Virus record (IMG/VR): IMGVR_UViG_3300019776_000324
Location: 124,001 to 188,000 of that record
Length of the DNA: 64,000 bases
Reading direction: 5' to 3' (one strand)
The notes under the pieces: generated by a model
Told to the model about the DNA's origin: nothing
What the model saw: only the letters and a program-made list of their open reading frames with translations
Database searches by the model: none
In this document: positions 17,989-27,149 of the stretch, in pieces
How the letters are laid out: every line of letters begins with the position of its first letter
How positions within the stretch are numbered: position 1 is the first letter of the stretch
Program-made: the position numbers and the translations under genes

Positions 17989-18763
17989 CCATTGTAAGAT
18001 CTGTTTTATTACTTTTGCCTGACACTTTTCTAGCACCTTTAAGATGGTCCATAAATTGTCCTAGGTCAGAATTTATAAACGGATGCCCGGCTCGTCCTGG
18101 CTTTTGTATCACAGTACTCAGATTGTGAAATTGATTAGTATCGTGAAATTTACGACGAATTTCATCCCACACATAACTGTCGTGCCATTCAGGAAGTTCA
18201 AAGATTCTATCCTGGTCATACATGCCCTTGAGTTGTGCTATAAAGTTTCTAGTTTCTGGATGATCTAAATTATATGCAACCCATCCACATTCTGAATGAT
18301 ATTTCTCGCCTCGTCCTAAGTAGCTAATCATTGCTGTTGAAGGACATAGTTTTTCCAAGTCAGCTATGGTAATGTCGCTGTGAGTACAAGTATCTGCATC
18401 TAACCAAATTAACCAACCTCCGCTAGTGTAGTTTGCTAACAGGGCAATAGAATAAATTTTATAAGAAAATCTTACTGCGTCCCATCTAAACGACTTCTTT
18501 GCATTGAACACTTCGGGTGGGCCGTCTTGTCCGTGTGCCTTGGGATTATTACGATGCCGTTCAATAAAAGTGTTCAACGGTGTGCTTAGTTTTAATAAAT
18601 CGTAAACCTTGACATTTGGTTTAGTAATAACAGGCTGGCAATTTTCAGCACAGGCAACTAGTTCTACTTGGTCTGGCCAATGCTTTTCAAATGTATCTAT
18701 CATGCGCTGACCGTATTGTTTTAGTCCATCAGCATTAAATGTGGTAACTACAGTATATTTCAT
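17954..18763 (-). CDS. Nucleotide-diphospho-sugar transferase (GT-A)
   Basis: VVTTF, RFSYK, LIWLDAD, SECG, EWHDSYV, HLKG.RK. Confidence 0.75.
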   Translation of the reverse strand: MKYTVVTTFNADGLKQYGQRMIDTFEKHWPDQVELVACAENCQPVITKPNVKVYDLLKLSTPLNTFIERHRNNPKAHGQDGPPEVFNAKKSFRWDAVRFSYKIYSIALLANYTSGGWLIWLDADTCTHSDITIADLEKLCPSTAMISYLGRGEKYHSECGWVAYNLDHPETRNFIAQLKGMYDQDRIFELPEWHDSYVWDEIRRKFHDTNQFHNLSTVIQKPGRAGHPFINSDLGQFMDHLKGARKVSGKSNKTDLTMARPEAYWQSLS

Positions 18764-18779
18764 ATAAGTATTTAACCTT

Positions 18780-19610
18780 ATGCGAGTAGCCTACTTCCCA
18801 AATCAATGTGCGTTAAACAGTATTCCTGTTATGCAGGCCATATTAGATAGTCTACGGACTGCCGGTCACACTCCTGTGGAAAATGGTGAAGACTGTGATG
18901 CCGCAGTAATATGGTCAGCACTATGGTATGGCCGAATGGCACCTAACAAAAGAATTTACGAACTTTATCGTAACAGTGGCAAGCCGGTTATTATTGTAGA
19001 TGTTGGCGCACTGTATAGAGGTGAAACTTGGAAGATTGCATTGAATCATATCAACCGATTAGGTTACTACGGACATACTGAAAACTTAGACATGGACCGC
19101 CCAAAGAAGTTAGGCATAAGTCTAGCAATTAATCTCAGTAAGAATCCTGCTATTCTAATCGCCGCACAACACAGATTTAGTTTACAGTTGGCCAATCAAA
19201 ATCATGAAGAATGGATCATGGACATTGTAGATGAGATTCGGCGTGTATCAGACCGGCCTATTGTTATTCGTCCGCACCCAAGAAGCCCACTGCAAATTGG
19301 AACATTGAATCAAACAATCACAATTGAAAAGCCACAAAAGTTAGAAGACACCTATGATAGTTTTGATATGCATTTTGATTATCATGCTGTAGTGAACTAC
19401 TGTTCTGGCCCAGGAATACAAGCAGCCATATCTGGAACGAGACCTATAGTTGGAACTTATAGTTTAGCTGCACCGGTATCTGTAGCAATTGAGGATCTGG
19501 ACAAGCCATATGATATAGATAGAGATCAGTGGTTGGTAGAAATATGCCATACAGAATATACTGTTAAAGAAATCAAGGAAGGTCTATGGATCCAACGATT
19601 GCACCTATAG
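18780..19610 (+). CDS. GT-B / capsular polysaccharide biosynthesis-like protein
   Basis: IVIRPHP, V..SGPGIQAAI.G; paralog of 15643-16575. Confidence 0.65.
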   Translation: MRVAYFPNQCALNSIPVMQAILDSLRTAGHTPVENGEDCDAAVIWSALWYGRMAPNKRIYELYRNSGKPVIIVDVGALYRGETWKIALNHINRLGYYGHTENLDMDRPKKLGISLAINLSKNPAILIAAQHRFSLQLANQNHEEWIMDIVDEIRRVSDRPIVIRPHPRSPLQIGTLNQTITIEKPQKLEDTYDSFDMHFDYHAVVNYCSGPGIQAAISGTRPIVGTYSLAAPVSVAIEDLDKPYDIDRDQWLVEICHTEYTVKEIKEGLWIQRLHL

Positions 19611-20308
19611 ACTGTGCTTGTGTAATACATAGTGATGGATACTCGTGGGACTATGTTGAACGATTGTACAATATGTTAGATCGTAACATTACTCCAGACA
19701 TACGATTACATGTCTATACCGAAGCAGATAGGCCAGTACCAGACAAATTTATTAAACACCAATTAGTTGACTGGCAAATTGCAGGGCGTAAGCAATCCTG
19801 GTGGTATAAAATACAATTGTTTAATCCTGAACATCATAGAGGTTCGTTATTGTACTTTGATTTAGATACTGTGATAACTGGAAACATTGATTGGATCTGG
19901 CAAACGCCGCCAGAGTATCTGTGGGCCGTGAGAGACTTTAAACACTTATGGCGGTCTGGTTTCAGCGGATTCAATTCTAGTGTCATGTGGTGGAACACTG
20001 AAAAATATTCTTACATTTGGGAAAAGTTTAAACAACAATCCTTAGATCAAATGATGAGCAAATATCACGGTGATCAGGATTATATTACAGACATGATCCC
20101 AATTCACGACAGGCGCTTTTTTGACCTATCCCGTGTGCAAAGTTATCGTTGGCAGTGCTTAGACGGTGGCTACGACTTTACTAAACGGCGCCATCAGCAC
20201 CCAGACACAGGTGTTGCACTGTTACCAGAGACTAGCATCGTGGTATTTCACGGAAATCCCAAGCCAGCAGAAGTATTTGACCCTATAATACAGCAACACT
20301 GGCAGTAA
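19586..20308 (+). CDS. Glycosyltransferase (GT8-like)
   Basis: WW.K..LF, LYFDLD, NSSVM, GDQ, FHG.PKP. Confidence 0.8.
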   Translation: MDPTIAPIDCACVIHSDGYSWDYVERLYNMLDRNITPDIRLHVYTEADRPVPDKFIKHQLVDWQIAGRKQSWWYKIQLFNPEHHRGSLLYFDLDTVITGNIDWIWQTPPEYLWAVRDFKHLWRSGFSGFNSSVMWWNTEKYSYIWEKFKQQSLDQMMSKYHGDQDYITDMIPIHDRRFFDLSRVQSYRWQCLDGGYDFTKRRHQHPDTGVALLPETSIVVFHGNPKPAEVFDPIIQQHWQ

Positions 20309-20335
20309 CCTCTTGTTTTTAAAGGGATTTTTTAC

Positions 20336-20366
20336 GGTTGACCGTTAATTGCCTTTATTGTATAAT
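20336..20366 (+). promoter_or_regulatory. Early sigma70-like promoter
   Basis: GG-TTGACC (20338-43), 17 nt, TATAAT (20361-66). Confidence 0.85.
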
Positions 20367-20412
20367 AGTTGTATAGTAAGAAATTAAGATAACTTCGGAA
20401 AAGGAAACAAAG

Positions 20413-20658
20413 ATGAACATTAAATTAAAAGCAGGATTAGAAGTAGCAGGATTTATCGCAGGACTGGTAGTAGTGGTAGCAGGTGTAAGATCAATTTTAA
20501 CATATCTAGCCGAAACATACGGCGCAGAGGCCATGCTAAACGGTGCGGCATTTTGTTTTATGAGTGTTGCGGCTTATGTAGCGGCATCGTTATTATACGA
20601 TATGCGAGTTGCCCAACTTGCATACAAACAAAAACTCAACGAAATGGTCAAGAAGTAA
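20413..20658 (+). CDS. Small early membrane protein
   Basis: 81 aa, two hydrophobic segments, AAGGA SD. Confidence 0.7.
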   Translation: MNIKLKAGLEVAGFIAGLVVVVAGVRSILTYLAETYGAEAMLNGAAFCFMSVAAYVAASLLYDMRVAQLAYKQKLNEMVKK

Positions 20659-20660
20659 CA

Positions 20661-20691
20661 GGTTGACCAGAAATTACCGATTTGCTATAAT
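20661..20691 (+). promoter_or_regulatory. Early sigma70-like promoter
   Basis: GG-TTGACC (20663-68), 17 nt, TATAAT (20686-91). Confidence 0.85.
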
Positions 20692-20721
20692 AGTATATAC
20701 AATAATAAAACGGAGTTATAA

Positions 20722-20853
20722 ATGAGCGCAGAAACAAGAAAACAATATGCAATTTTGCTCATCAAAGCCGAAGCCGCTAGAGCAGTAAGCGATTTTGAGG
20801 ACTACCGTGTATATAAAGACCTAGCAAATCGGTTGACCAATAAATCCAAATAA
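20722..20853 (+). CDS. 43-aa early protein (below ORF-track cutoff)
   Basis: MSAETRKQYAILLIKAEAARAVSDFEDYRVYKDLANRLTNKSK; GGAG SD and its own promoter. Confidence 0.7.
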   Translation: MSAETRKQYAILLIKAEAARAVSDFEDYRVYKDLANRLTNKSK

Positions 20854-20861
20854 CTTATAAT
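20831..20861 (+). promoter_or_regulatory. Early sigma70-like promoter
   Basis: GG-TTGACC (20833-38), 17 nt, TATAAT (20856-61). Confidence 0.85.
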
Positions 20862-20894
20862 AGTATTATCAACAATTAATTAAGGGAGCTAACC

Positions 20895-21944
20895 TTGAGT
20901 ACAGTGAATATTAAAAATGGTGTGTATCGCAATATACCAGTGCAAAATGTTGCGTTTACATTAGTTAAAGGATTTCAGACAGGCGCTAAAGGAGGCTATG
21001 TGACTGTAAATGCAGATGGCTATTTTGGCCCAGACTTACCTGAAGTAGTTCGCATCAATGTGAACACAATTGAAGATATCGAATTTGTGGCAGATGGTGT
21101 GTATTCACCTTATGTACCTGCTCCGATTGTTCAAGAAGTAGCATCAGCTAAAGTTGAAGCACCAGTTGAAACTGATGAAGAAGTTATGGCTCGTATTGGC
21201 GAACGCTTTGACATTTTAGATCAGATGACTAAAGCTACAATTGCAGGTGATGTTCGTGCAATGATTGTAGTTGGCCCTCCTGGTGTAGGCAAGAGTTATG
21301 GTGTAGAAAAACAGTTAGAGCATAGTGGTTTGTTTGACAAGTTGAGTGGTCGCAAGATCAAGTACGAAGTTATCAAAGGTGCAATGACTCCGATTGGTTT
21401 GTACTGCACTCTATACAAACATTCAGACAAGAACAATGTGCTAGTGTTTGATGACTGTGATAGCGTATTCCAAGATGACCTTAGCTTGAACATTCTTAAG
21501 GCGGCATTGGACTCAGGTAAGAAGCGTCGTATCTACTGGAATAGTGATAGTGCTATGTTGCGTCGTGAAGGCGTTCCAGATATGTTTGACTTTAAGGGTG
21601 CATGTATCTTTATCACAAACTTACAGTTCAGCAACCTTAAGAGTAAGAAATTGCAAGATCACTTGGAAGCACTACAAAGTCGTTGTCACTTTTTAGACTT
21701 GACTCTTAACACTATGCGTGATCGTTTCTTGCGTATCAAGCAGATTTATCGTAAGGGCGAGTTGTTTGCAGATTACAACTTTACTGAAGAACAAGGTGAC
21801 ATGGTCATTGAGTTTATGGAGCAAAATCAACACCGCTTGCGTGAGATGAGCTTGCGTATGGCACTAAAGATTGCAGACTTAACCAAAGTTTCAGATACAA
21901 ATTGGAGAGCATTAGCGGCTACAACTTGTATGAAAAATTCTTAA
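20895..21944 (+). CDS. AAA+ ATPase (early gene, TTG start)
   Basis: GPPGVGKS Walker A, VFDDCD Walker B, FITN sensor 1, SR finger; GGGAG SD. Confidence 0.85.
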   Translation: MSTVNIKNGVYRNIPVQNVAFTLVKGFQTGAKGGYVTVNADGYFGPDLPEVVRINVNTIEDIEFVADGVYSPYVPAPIVQEVASAKVEAPVETDEEVMARIGERFDILDQMTKATIAGDVRAMIVVGPPGVGKSYGVEKQLEHSGLFDKLSGRKIKYEVIKGAMTPIGLYCTLYKHSDKNNVLVFDDCDSVFQDDLSLNILKAALDSGKKRRIYWNSDSAMLRREGVPDMFDFKGACIFITNLQFSNLKSKKLQDHLEALQSRCHFLDLTLNTMRDRFLRIKQIYRKGELFADYNFTEEQGDMVIEFMEQNQHRLREMSLRMALKIADLTKVSDTNWRALAATTCMKNS

Positions 21945-21981
21945 GGGGATTGTAAAACGGTTAAGTAGTAACAGTAGCTCC

Positions 21982-22041
21982 TGGGTAGTTCAAACACTAC
22001 CCACTTTGACCAGGTACCCCTAAAAAGGTACCTGTTTTTTT
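21982..22041 (+). terminator. Tandem hairpins ending in an intrinsic terminator
   Basis: TGGGTAGT/ACTACCCA (21982-22003), then CAGGTACC/GGTACCTG (22011-22034) plus T-run. Confidence 0.8.
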
Positions 22042-22074
22042 ATTTGCAATTTTACGGTCACTAAATATCTTATA

Positions 22075-22875
22075 ATGAAACTAATATTGTCAAATGGTAC
22101 AATTATAGATTTAATACTAAACAATTCCCCACTAAGTTTACAGTACCAAAAAATTTATAAAAATTTATCACATGTCCCTGTTCCTTTTAAACCTTGGGAC
22201 AATCCGTATTACCTCAGTGATATGAGCTACGAGCAATTGGTGGACCAGCTAATTTACTATGCTACCCAAGTATCAGTTGAAATTGATAAAGCCCGTTGTT
22301 TAGAACAAGATCAAGAATACTTTAATACAATACACAAAATTTATGAAACAAACTACAACGGCGAATCAAAGTGGTTAGATTTTCACGAACATATTCATCT
22401 GTGCGAGCTTTACTATAACTTTACAAACTACTCATTGAACATTGACTACAGAGAGAAGTCGGGTCTATTAGAAAAACCATTTGACCAGACCTGGTTAACA
22501 GATGCAAGTACAAAGATCTCTGCCGGTACTGTATATGTGGCCTGGGCCGAATTAGGAAAAACACCATATTCATATTGGGAAAACAATGAACCAGACGATA
22601 TAGATCGTATGTGTGCGCTGGCCAAGCCTTGGTTAAAATTGCGTCCAAAACTTGTGATTGCACTTGAAAATATTGATACTCTAACGGATATACAAGTCGA
22701 GGAATTTGATCATTGGTGGAAAAATTACAGCGATCGTTGGTGTAAGCATTGGGAGTTGACATCGTGGACAGTTCAAGACATGCATGCGGTATCGGTACTT
22801 GGGCATATTCCAGATCTTGATAGATTGTTAGTGGAATTAAAGAATAAAAATTTTCCAGTGCGAGTAACTTTATAA
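22075..22875 (+). CDS. Hypothetical protein, paralog of 11490-12398
   Basis: 266 aa; HEHIHLCE, WAELGKTPY; TAAATA at 22062-22067. Confidence 0.65.
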   Translation: MKLILSNGTIIDLILNNSPLSLQYQKIYKNLSHVPVPFKPWDNPYYLSDMSYEQLVDQLIYYATQVSVEIDKARCLEQDQEYFNTIHKIYETNYNGESKWLDFHEHIHLCELYYNFTNYSLNIDYREKSGLLEKPFDQTWLTDASTKISAGTVYVAWAELGKTPYSYWENNEPDDIDRMCALAKPWLKLRPKLVIALENIDTLTDIQVEEFDHWWKNYSDRWCKHWELTSWTVQDMHAVSVLGHIPDLDRLLVELKNKNFPVRVTL

Positions 22876-24017
22876 TGACATGGCCAGTTATAATCAAAGA
22901 TGGACCAGACTTGAATCAAACTCTAGCTGGCATAAAGTTTAACAAATTTGGAGCACCTACCAACCAACCTATCTTTATATGTAATGATTGGGTTTCGGGT
23001 TACCAGTGGGCCCAGGAACAAAACTATAAACAGGCATTGTTTGTCAACAGTGGTACTGTTATTACAGATTGGGAAGCCTGGCAAGAATTAATAAACACTT
23101 ATCCTCATAATGGACTGATTGCGCATTTGATCTGGCATCCAAACCAATTGCTACACTTAGATGAACAATGTTGGTTTATGGACATTGATAAATTCAACGA
23201 CTCTGATTTTAATGCGTCAGCAGTGACTTATCCAAAAGCTGTGCGCAGTAGTAAAAATTTACATGACGATTATACACCGTTGTGGGTACGCCCAGGAACC
23301 ACACTAGTATCTCATAGTGTTACAAACTTTGGTCAAGGGCTGATATCTGCTCAGCTGAATAACGGATCGCCAGTTGTTAATTTTAACAATGCCGCTAGAG
23401 ATTTGAAATTTTTTCTTTATAACACAGACTCATACTTGGACAAATTTAGCGACTACAAGCAACTAGCCGAAAACCAATTATGGGTGTTTAACAATGAACC
23501 CATAGTGCTAGTTAAAAAGGAAAAATTATTAACTCCGGGCTCAGGGCTGTCTTGGATGTTAAATATTGTTGAGCCCTTAACCAGCTCAGTACAAATAGTG
23601 GACATAAGCAGTTGCCAGATTGAGTTCTGCAAGGAATTATGGAAGTCGTGGGACGGTGAAAACTACGGACAGTTTGTATGGGATTTCATTGAGCAAAACA
23701 ATATACCACGCTATCAACTTGATAACCCCAACCTAACTCAGTTAGACTATTTAAAATTAAAAAATAAATCTAGGTTTATTGAATATGTCAATACTACATT
23801 TAACAACCTAGTCGACGATAGTTTTAAGCTGTCATGGCAACAGGCAAAATTAAGTAAGACTGTAACTTTTATACATGGTGACTTGATCAAATGGGTAATA
23901 GATAACGATACAACTACTTTTGATAACATATGGTGCTCGAATATACTAGACTACAAGTGGACATTGTTGCACACAACCAAAGATGACTATTTAAAGTTTC
24001 AAGAAAAAATAAAATGA
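22875..24017 (+). CDS. Hypothetical protein, possibly GT-like N-terminus with methyltransferase-like C-terminus
   Basis: 380 aa; HDDYTP; C-terminal IVDIS, GDL, IWCSNI resemble Rossmann MTase elements. Confidence 0.4.
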   Translation: MTWPVIIKDGPDLNQTLAGIKFNKFGAPTNQPIFICNDWVSGYQWAQEQNYKQALFVNSGTVITDWEAWQELINTYPHNGLIAHLIWHPNQLLHLDEQCWFMDIDKFNDSDFNASAVTYPKAVRSSKNLHDDYTPLWVRPGTTLVSHSVTNFGQGLISAQLNNGSPVVNFNNAARDLKFFLYNTDSYLDKFSDYKQLAENQLWVFNNEPIVLVKKEKLLTPGSGLSWMLNIVEPLTSSVQIVDISSCQIEFCKELWKSWDGENYGQFVWDFIEQNNIPRYQLDNPNLTQLDYLKLKNKSRFIEYVNTTFNNLVDDSFKLSWQQAKLSKTVTFIHGDLIKWVIDNDTTTFDNIWCSNILDYKWTLLHTTKDDYLKFQEKIK

Positions 24018-24730
24018 AGAAAAAAATAAGTGAGCTGATGATTAAAAAATATGCAGGACAACAGTGCGTGTTGCCAGCGTACAATCCTTCTGCTGACTTT
24101 GATTGGATACAAAATGAATCTGGATTACCGTGGTTAAAATTAAACATACAAGTTCCTTACAAACAAATCCTTGAAGAAATTGAAAAGGTTAACGGTTTGT
24201 TAGTTAACCACAGAGGCGAGTACGAAGAACATGCAGGCTGGAAAAGTTTTTGTATATGTGGTAAAAGTTTTGATGCTACCAAAGAAGATGAGTTTTACAA
24301 TGATGATCGTCCGTATATTTGGACTCCGGAAGCCAAAGCATATATGCCAAACACAGTGAAGTATTTTTCAGACTGTTGGCCCGCTAATACATTCTTTCGA
24401 GTAAGAATCATGTTACTCGAACCGCATGGTTACATATCTATTCATAAAGACACAGAGATCTCACAACTATACCCTGTCAATATTGCTATAACACAGCCAA
24501 CCGATTGCCTATTTGTAATGGAAAAACACGGAGTCATTCCGTTTTCACCAGGAGATGCTTATTGGTTAGACATATCAAACAACCACGCATTAGTTAATAA
24601 CAGCGATCAACCAAGATGGCACATAATTGTACATCAAAAAATCGATAACAACGAATTCGAATCGATGGTTGTAAATTCATATCATATGCTGTATAATAAC
24701 TATAATGAAAACAGCTACAATAATAATTAA
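24014..24730 (+). CDS. Aspartyl/asparaginyl beta-hydroxylase-like 2OG-Fe(II) oxygenase
   Basis: RVRIMLLEP.G.I..HKD, NIAI, H...N.S...R.HII. Confidence 0.8.
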   Translation: MKKKISELMIKKYAGQQCVLPAYNPSADFDWIQNESGLPWLKLNIQVPYKQILEEIEKVNGLLVNHRGEYEEHAGWKSFCICGKSFDATKEDEFYNDDRPYIWTPEAKAYMPNTVKYFSDCWPANTFFRVRIMLLEPHGYISIHKDTEISQLYPVNIAITQPTDCLFVMEKHGVIPFSPGDAYWLDISNNHALVNNSDQPRWHIIVHQKIDNNEFESMVVNSYHMLYNNYNENSYNNN

Positions 24731-26165
24731 GGACGAAGTAAACATTAAGATCGAAGGACTCGAACTTGATGCCCGTCGTGCTTTGGTTAATGCGTTTAAA
24801 TATGATGTTCCTGGTGCCCGCTATTTGCCCGCAGTCAGGCTTGGACGCTGGGATGGCAAAGTAAGTTACTTTCAACTGGGTGGTAGTACCTATGTAAACT
24901 TGTTGCCTGAGATTATTCCTATCCTTGAGAAGTTTAACTATGACATTGACTTGGATGATCAGCGTGACTACTCAGTTAATTTTGAATTTGCACCAGTAGC
25001 AGAAAATGCGTTTATTCATATTATGTGGCCCAAGGGGCATCCAATGGAAGGCAAGCCAATGGAGTTGCGTGACTATCAAGTTGAAGTCATTAACAACTTC
25101 CTTAGCAATCCACAATGCATACAAGAGATTGCTACTGGTGCAGGCAAGACAGTTATTACTGCGGCCTTATCAAATGCAGTTTCTCCTTATGGTCGTAGTA
25201 TTGTAATTGTTCCTAACAAGAGCCTAGTAACACAAACAGAAAAAGACTATATCAACATGGAACAGGATGTTGGTGTTTACTTTGGAGATCGCAAAGAGTG
25301 GGGTCGCCAACATACTATTTGCACCTGGCAAAGTTTAAATGTATTACTTAAGAATACCAAAGCAGGAGTTGGTGATTGCACCATTGGTGAGTTCTTAGAA
25401 GATGTTGTATGTGTTATTGTTGACGAAGTACACATGGCCAAAGCTGACGCACTCAAGAGCTTGCTTACAGGCGTAATGGCCAAGATACCTTTGCGTTGGG
25501 GATTAACAGGCACAGTACCCAAAGAACCATTTGAGTTTCAAGCGTTAAAGTGCAGTCTAGGCCCAGTAATCAATCAACTCAGTGCCAGTGAACTGCAAGA
25601 CCGTGGTGTACTTGCACAATGTCATGTGAATGTTGTACAGTTAGTTGATCACGCAGAGTTTGCCAACTATCAAAGTGAATTAAAGTTCTTGTTAGAGGAC
25701 GAAAATAGATTAAAAACAATAGCACATCTAATAGCACAAGTTAACCAGACTGGCAATACCTTGGTACTGGTAGATCGTGTAGCCGCAGGCCACGCACTAG
25801 TAGCATTGTTAGGAGATATGGCTGTATTTGTAAGCGGTGCTACCAAAGCAAAGGACAGACAAGATGAATATGATGAAGTTGCAGAAGCTACTGGAAAAAT
25901 TATTGTTGCTACTTACGGTGTCGCTGCTGTGGGGATTAACATTCCTCGTATTTTTAATCTTGTGCTGGTGGAGCCTGGAAAGAGTTTTGTTAGAGTTATC
26001 CAAAGTATAGGACGAGGCATTCGAAAAGCCGAAGACAAAGATCATGTACAAATATGGGATGTAACTAGTACCTGTAAGTTTGCCAAAAGGCATTTGACCA
26101 AACGCAAACAATTTTACAAAGAAGCAAACTACCCATACACACAAGAGAAACTAGAATGGAAATAA
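24705..26165 (+). CDS. uvsW: SF2 DNA helicase UvsW
   Basis: LRDYQ, ATGAGKT, DEVH, GLTGT, QSIGRG.R. Confidence 0.9.
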   Translation: MKTATIIIKDEVNIKIEGLELDARRALVNAFKYDVPGARYLPAVRLGRWDGKVSYFQLGGSTYVNLLPEIIPILEKFNYDIDLDDQRDYSVNFEFAPVAENAFIHIMWPKGHPMEGKPMELRDYQVEVINNFLSNPQCIQEIATGAGKTVITAALSNAVSPYGRSIVIVPNKSLVTQTEKDYINMEQDVGVYFGDRKEWGRQHTICTWQSLNVLLKNTKAGVGDCTIGEFLEDVVCVIVDEVHMAKADALKSLLTGVMAKIPLRWGLTGTVPKEPFEFQALKCSLGPVINQLSASELQDRGVLAQCHVNVVQLVDHAEFANYQSELKFLLEDENRLKTIAHLIAQVNQTGNTLVLVDRVAAGHALVALLGDMAVFVSGATKAKDRQDEYDEVAEATGKIIVATYGVAAVGINIPRIFNLVLVEPGKSFVRVIQSIGRGIRKAEDKDHVQIWDVTSTCKFAKRHLTKRKQFYKEANYPYTQEKLEWK

Positions 26166-26166
26166 A

Positions 26167-26196
26167 GGTTGCAACTATACTAAAATATGTTATAAT
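26167..26196 (+). promoter_or_regulatory. Sigma70-like promoter
   Basis: GGTTGCAA...TGTTATAAT upstream of ATG 26203. Confidence 0.55.
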
Positions 26197-26202
26197 AAAT
26201 CT

Positions 26203-26703
26203 ATGAGAATATTAACACTTGACGATACACCGTATGATTTGGATCATCTTCCAGACGAAGTAGATGACATGCGTTTTGCTATATTTGATAACAGCGATCC
26301 CAAAGATCCAGACTATCATTATATTCCGCTAATCTTTTTAGAAAGTTTTACTGCGCCTGCGTTGGTCTTGCGCATTGGAACCAATCTTGTACGCATGCCA
26401 GTGGATTGGCAAATCTTAATTGGTGAACCAGACTTGGGTGATCTTGAAGTACTACCTTTAACCAGCATCAATGATCGTGGATTCAAAGCATTTCAATTCA
26501 ATCCATTGAGTAGTTTTAGACCTAGTTTTCTTGATATAGAAATTGTAGATGTCTACCAAGAAGTAACATGGTATGCTCCTAAGTTAAAAAATGGTCAGAT
26601 GTTATGTGTACCAGTTAGTAACGGTGAAAAGCCTGAGTGTGTTTATTTTGTTAAAGATATTAGTCGCAACTGTGAAGTAGTTGATTACAATCGAGCTTGG
26701 TAG
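26203..26703 (+). CDS. Stand-alone protein with degenerate Hint (intein-like) pattern
   Basis: ILTLDDTPYDLDHL ~ block A without Cys1; LVLRIG...VRMPVDWQILI ~ block B; IEIVDVY..V.WY ~ block F. Confidence 0.45.
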   Translation: MRILTLDDTPYDLDHLPDEVDDMRFAIFDNSDPKDPDYHYIPLIFLESFTAPALVLRIGTNLVRMPVDWQILIGEPDLGDLEVLPLTSINDRGFKAFQFNPLSSFRPSFLDIEIVDVYQEVTWYAPKLKNGQMLCVPVSNGEKPECVYFVKDISRNCEVVDYNRAW

Positions 26704-27149
26704 TGGATAAGTTAAACATACAAAACGAAATGTTGCAGTTCGATCGTAAGAACAGAGATTTTTACGACGAGTTAACCCCAGAAGAAAAGAAAAAGTTTAG
26801 TAACTATCTTATGATTCGCTGGGGCAGTAGTGTGCAAGGTGCTCCAGAGTTACAAGGATACTACTTGCAAAGTTGTAATCACTATTTTAACAAACGATTC
26901 TTTGATATTAATCGCCATCCTAAACTACAGTGGCTATGTGCTACAGCAGTTAGTCCAGGGCTAGGAACACAACGGCATCAATGGATTGCTCCTAAGAAGA
27001 AGGAACCTGGTGCTAGTGGCATTCGTAAACAGTTAATAGAATTATATCCTCATATGAAGGATGACGAAATCGAAGTAATGTCCAAGATTAACACTAAAAA
27101 AGAAATAGACGCATACCTTAAAGACCTAGGACGAGAAGTTAAGAAATGA
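26697..27149 (+). CDS. Sliding-clamp loader small subunit (T4 gp62-like)
   Basis: KKFS.YL..RW.S, N...F.I..HP.LQW, R..WI...KK. Confidence 0.65.
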   Translation: MVVDKLNIQNEMLQFDRKNRDFYDELTPEEKKKFSNYLMIRWGSSVQGAPELQGYYLQSCNHYFNKRFFDINRHPKLQWLCATAVSPGLGTQRHQWIAPKKKEPGASGIRKQLIELYPHMKDDEIEVMSKINTKKEIDAYLKDLGREVKK

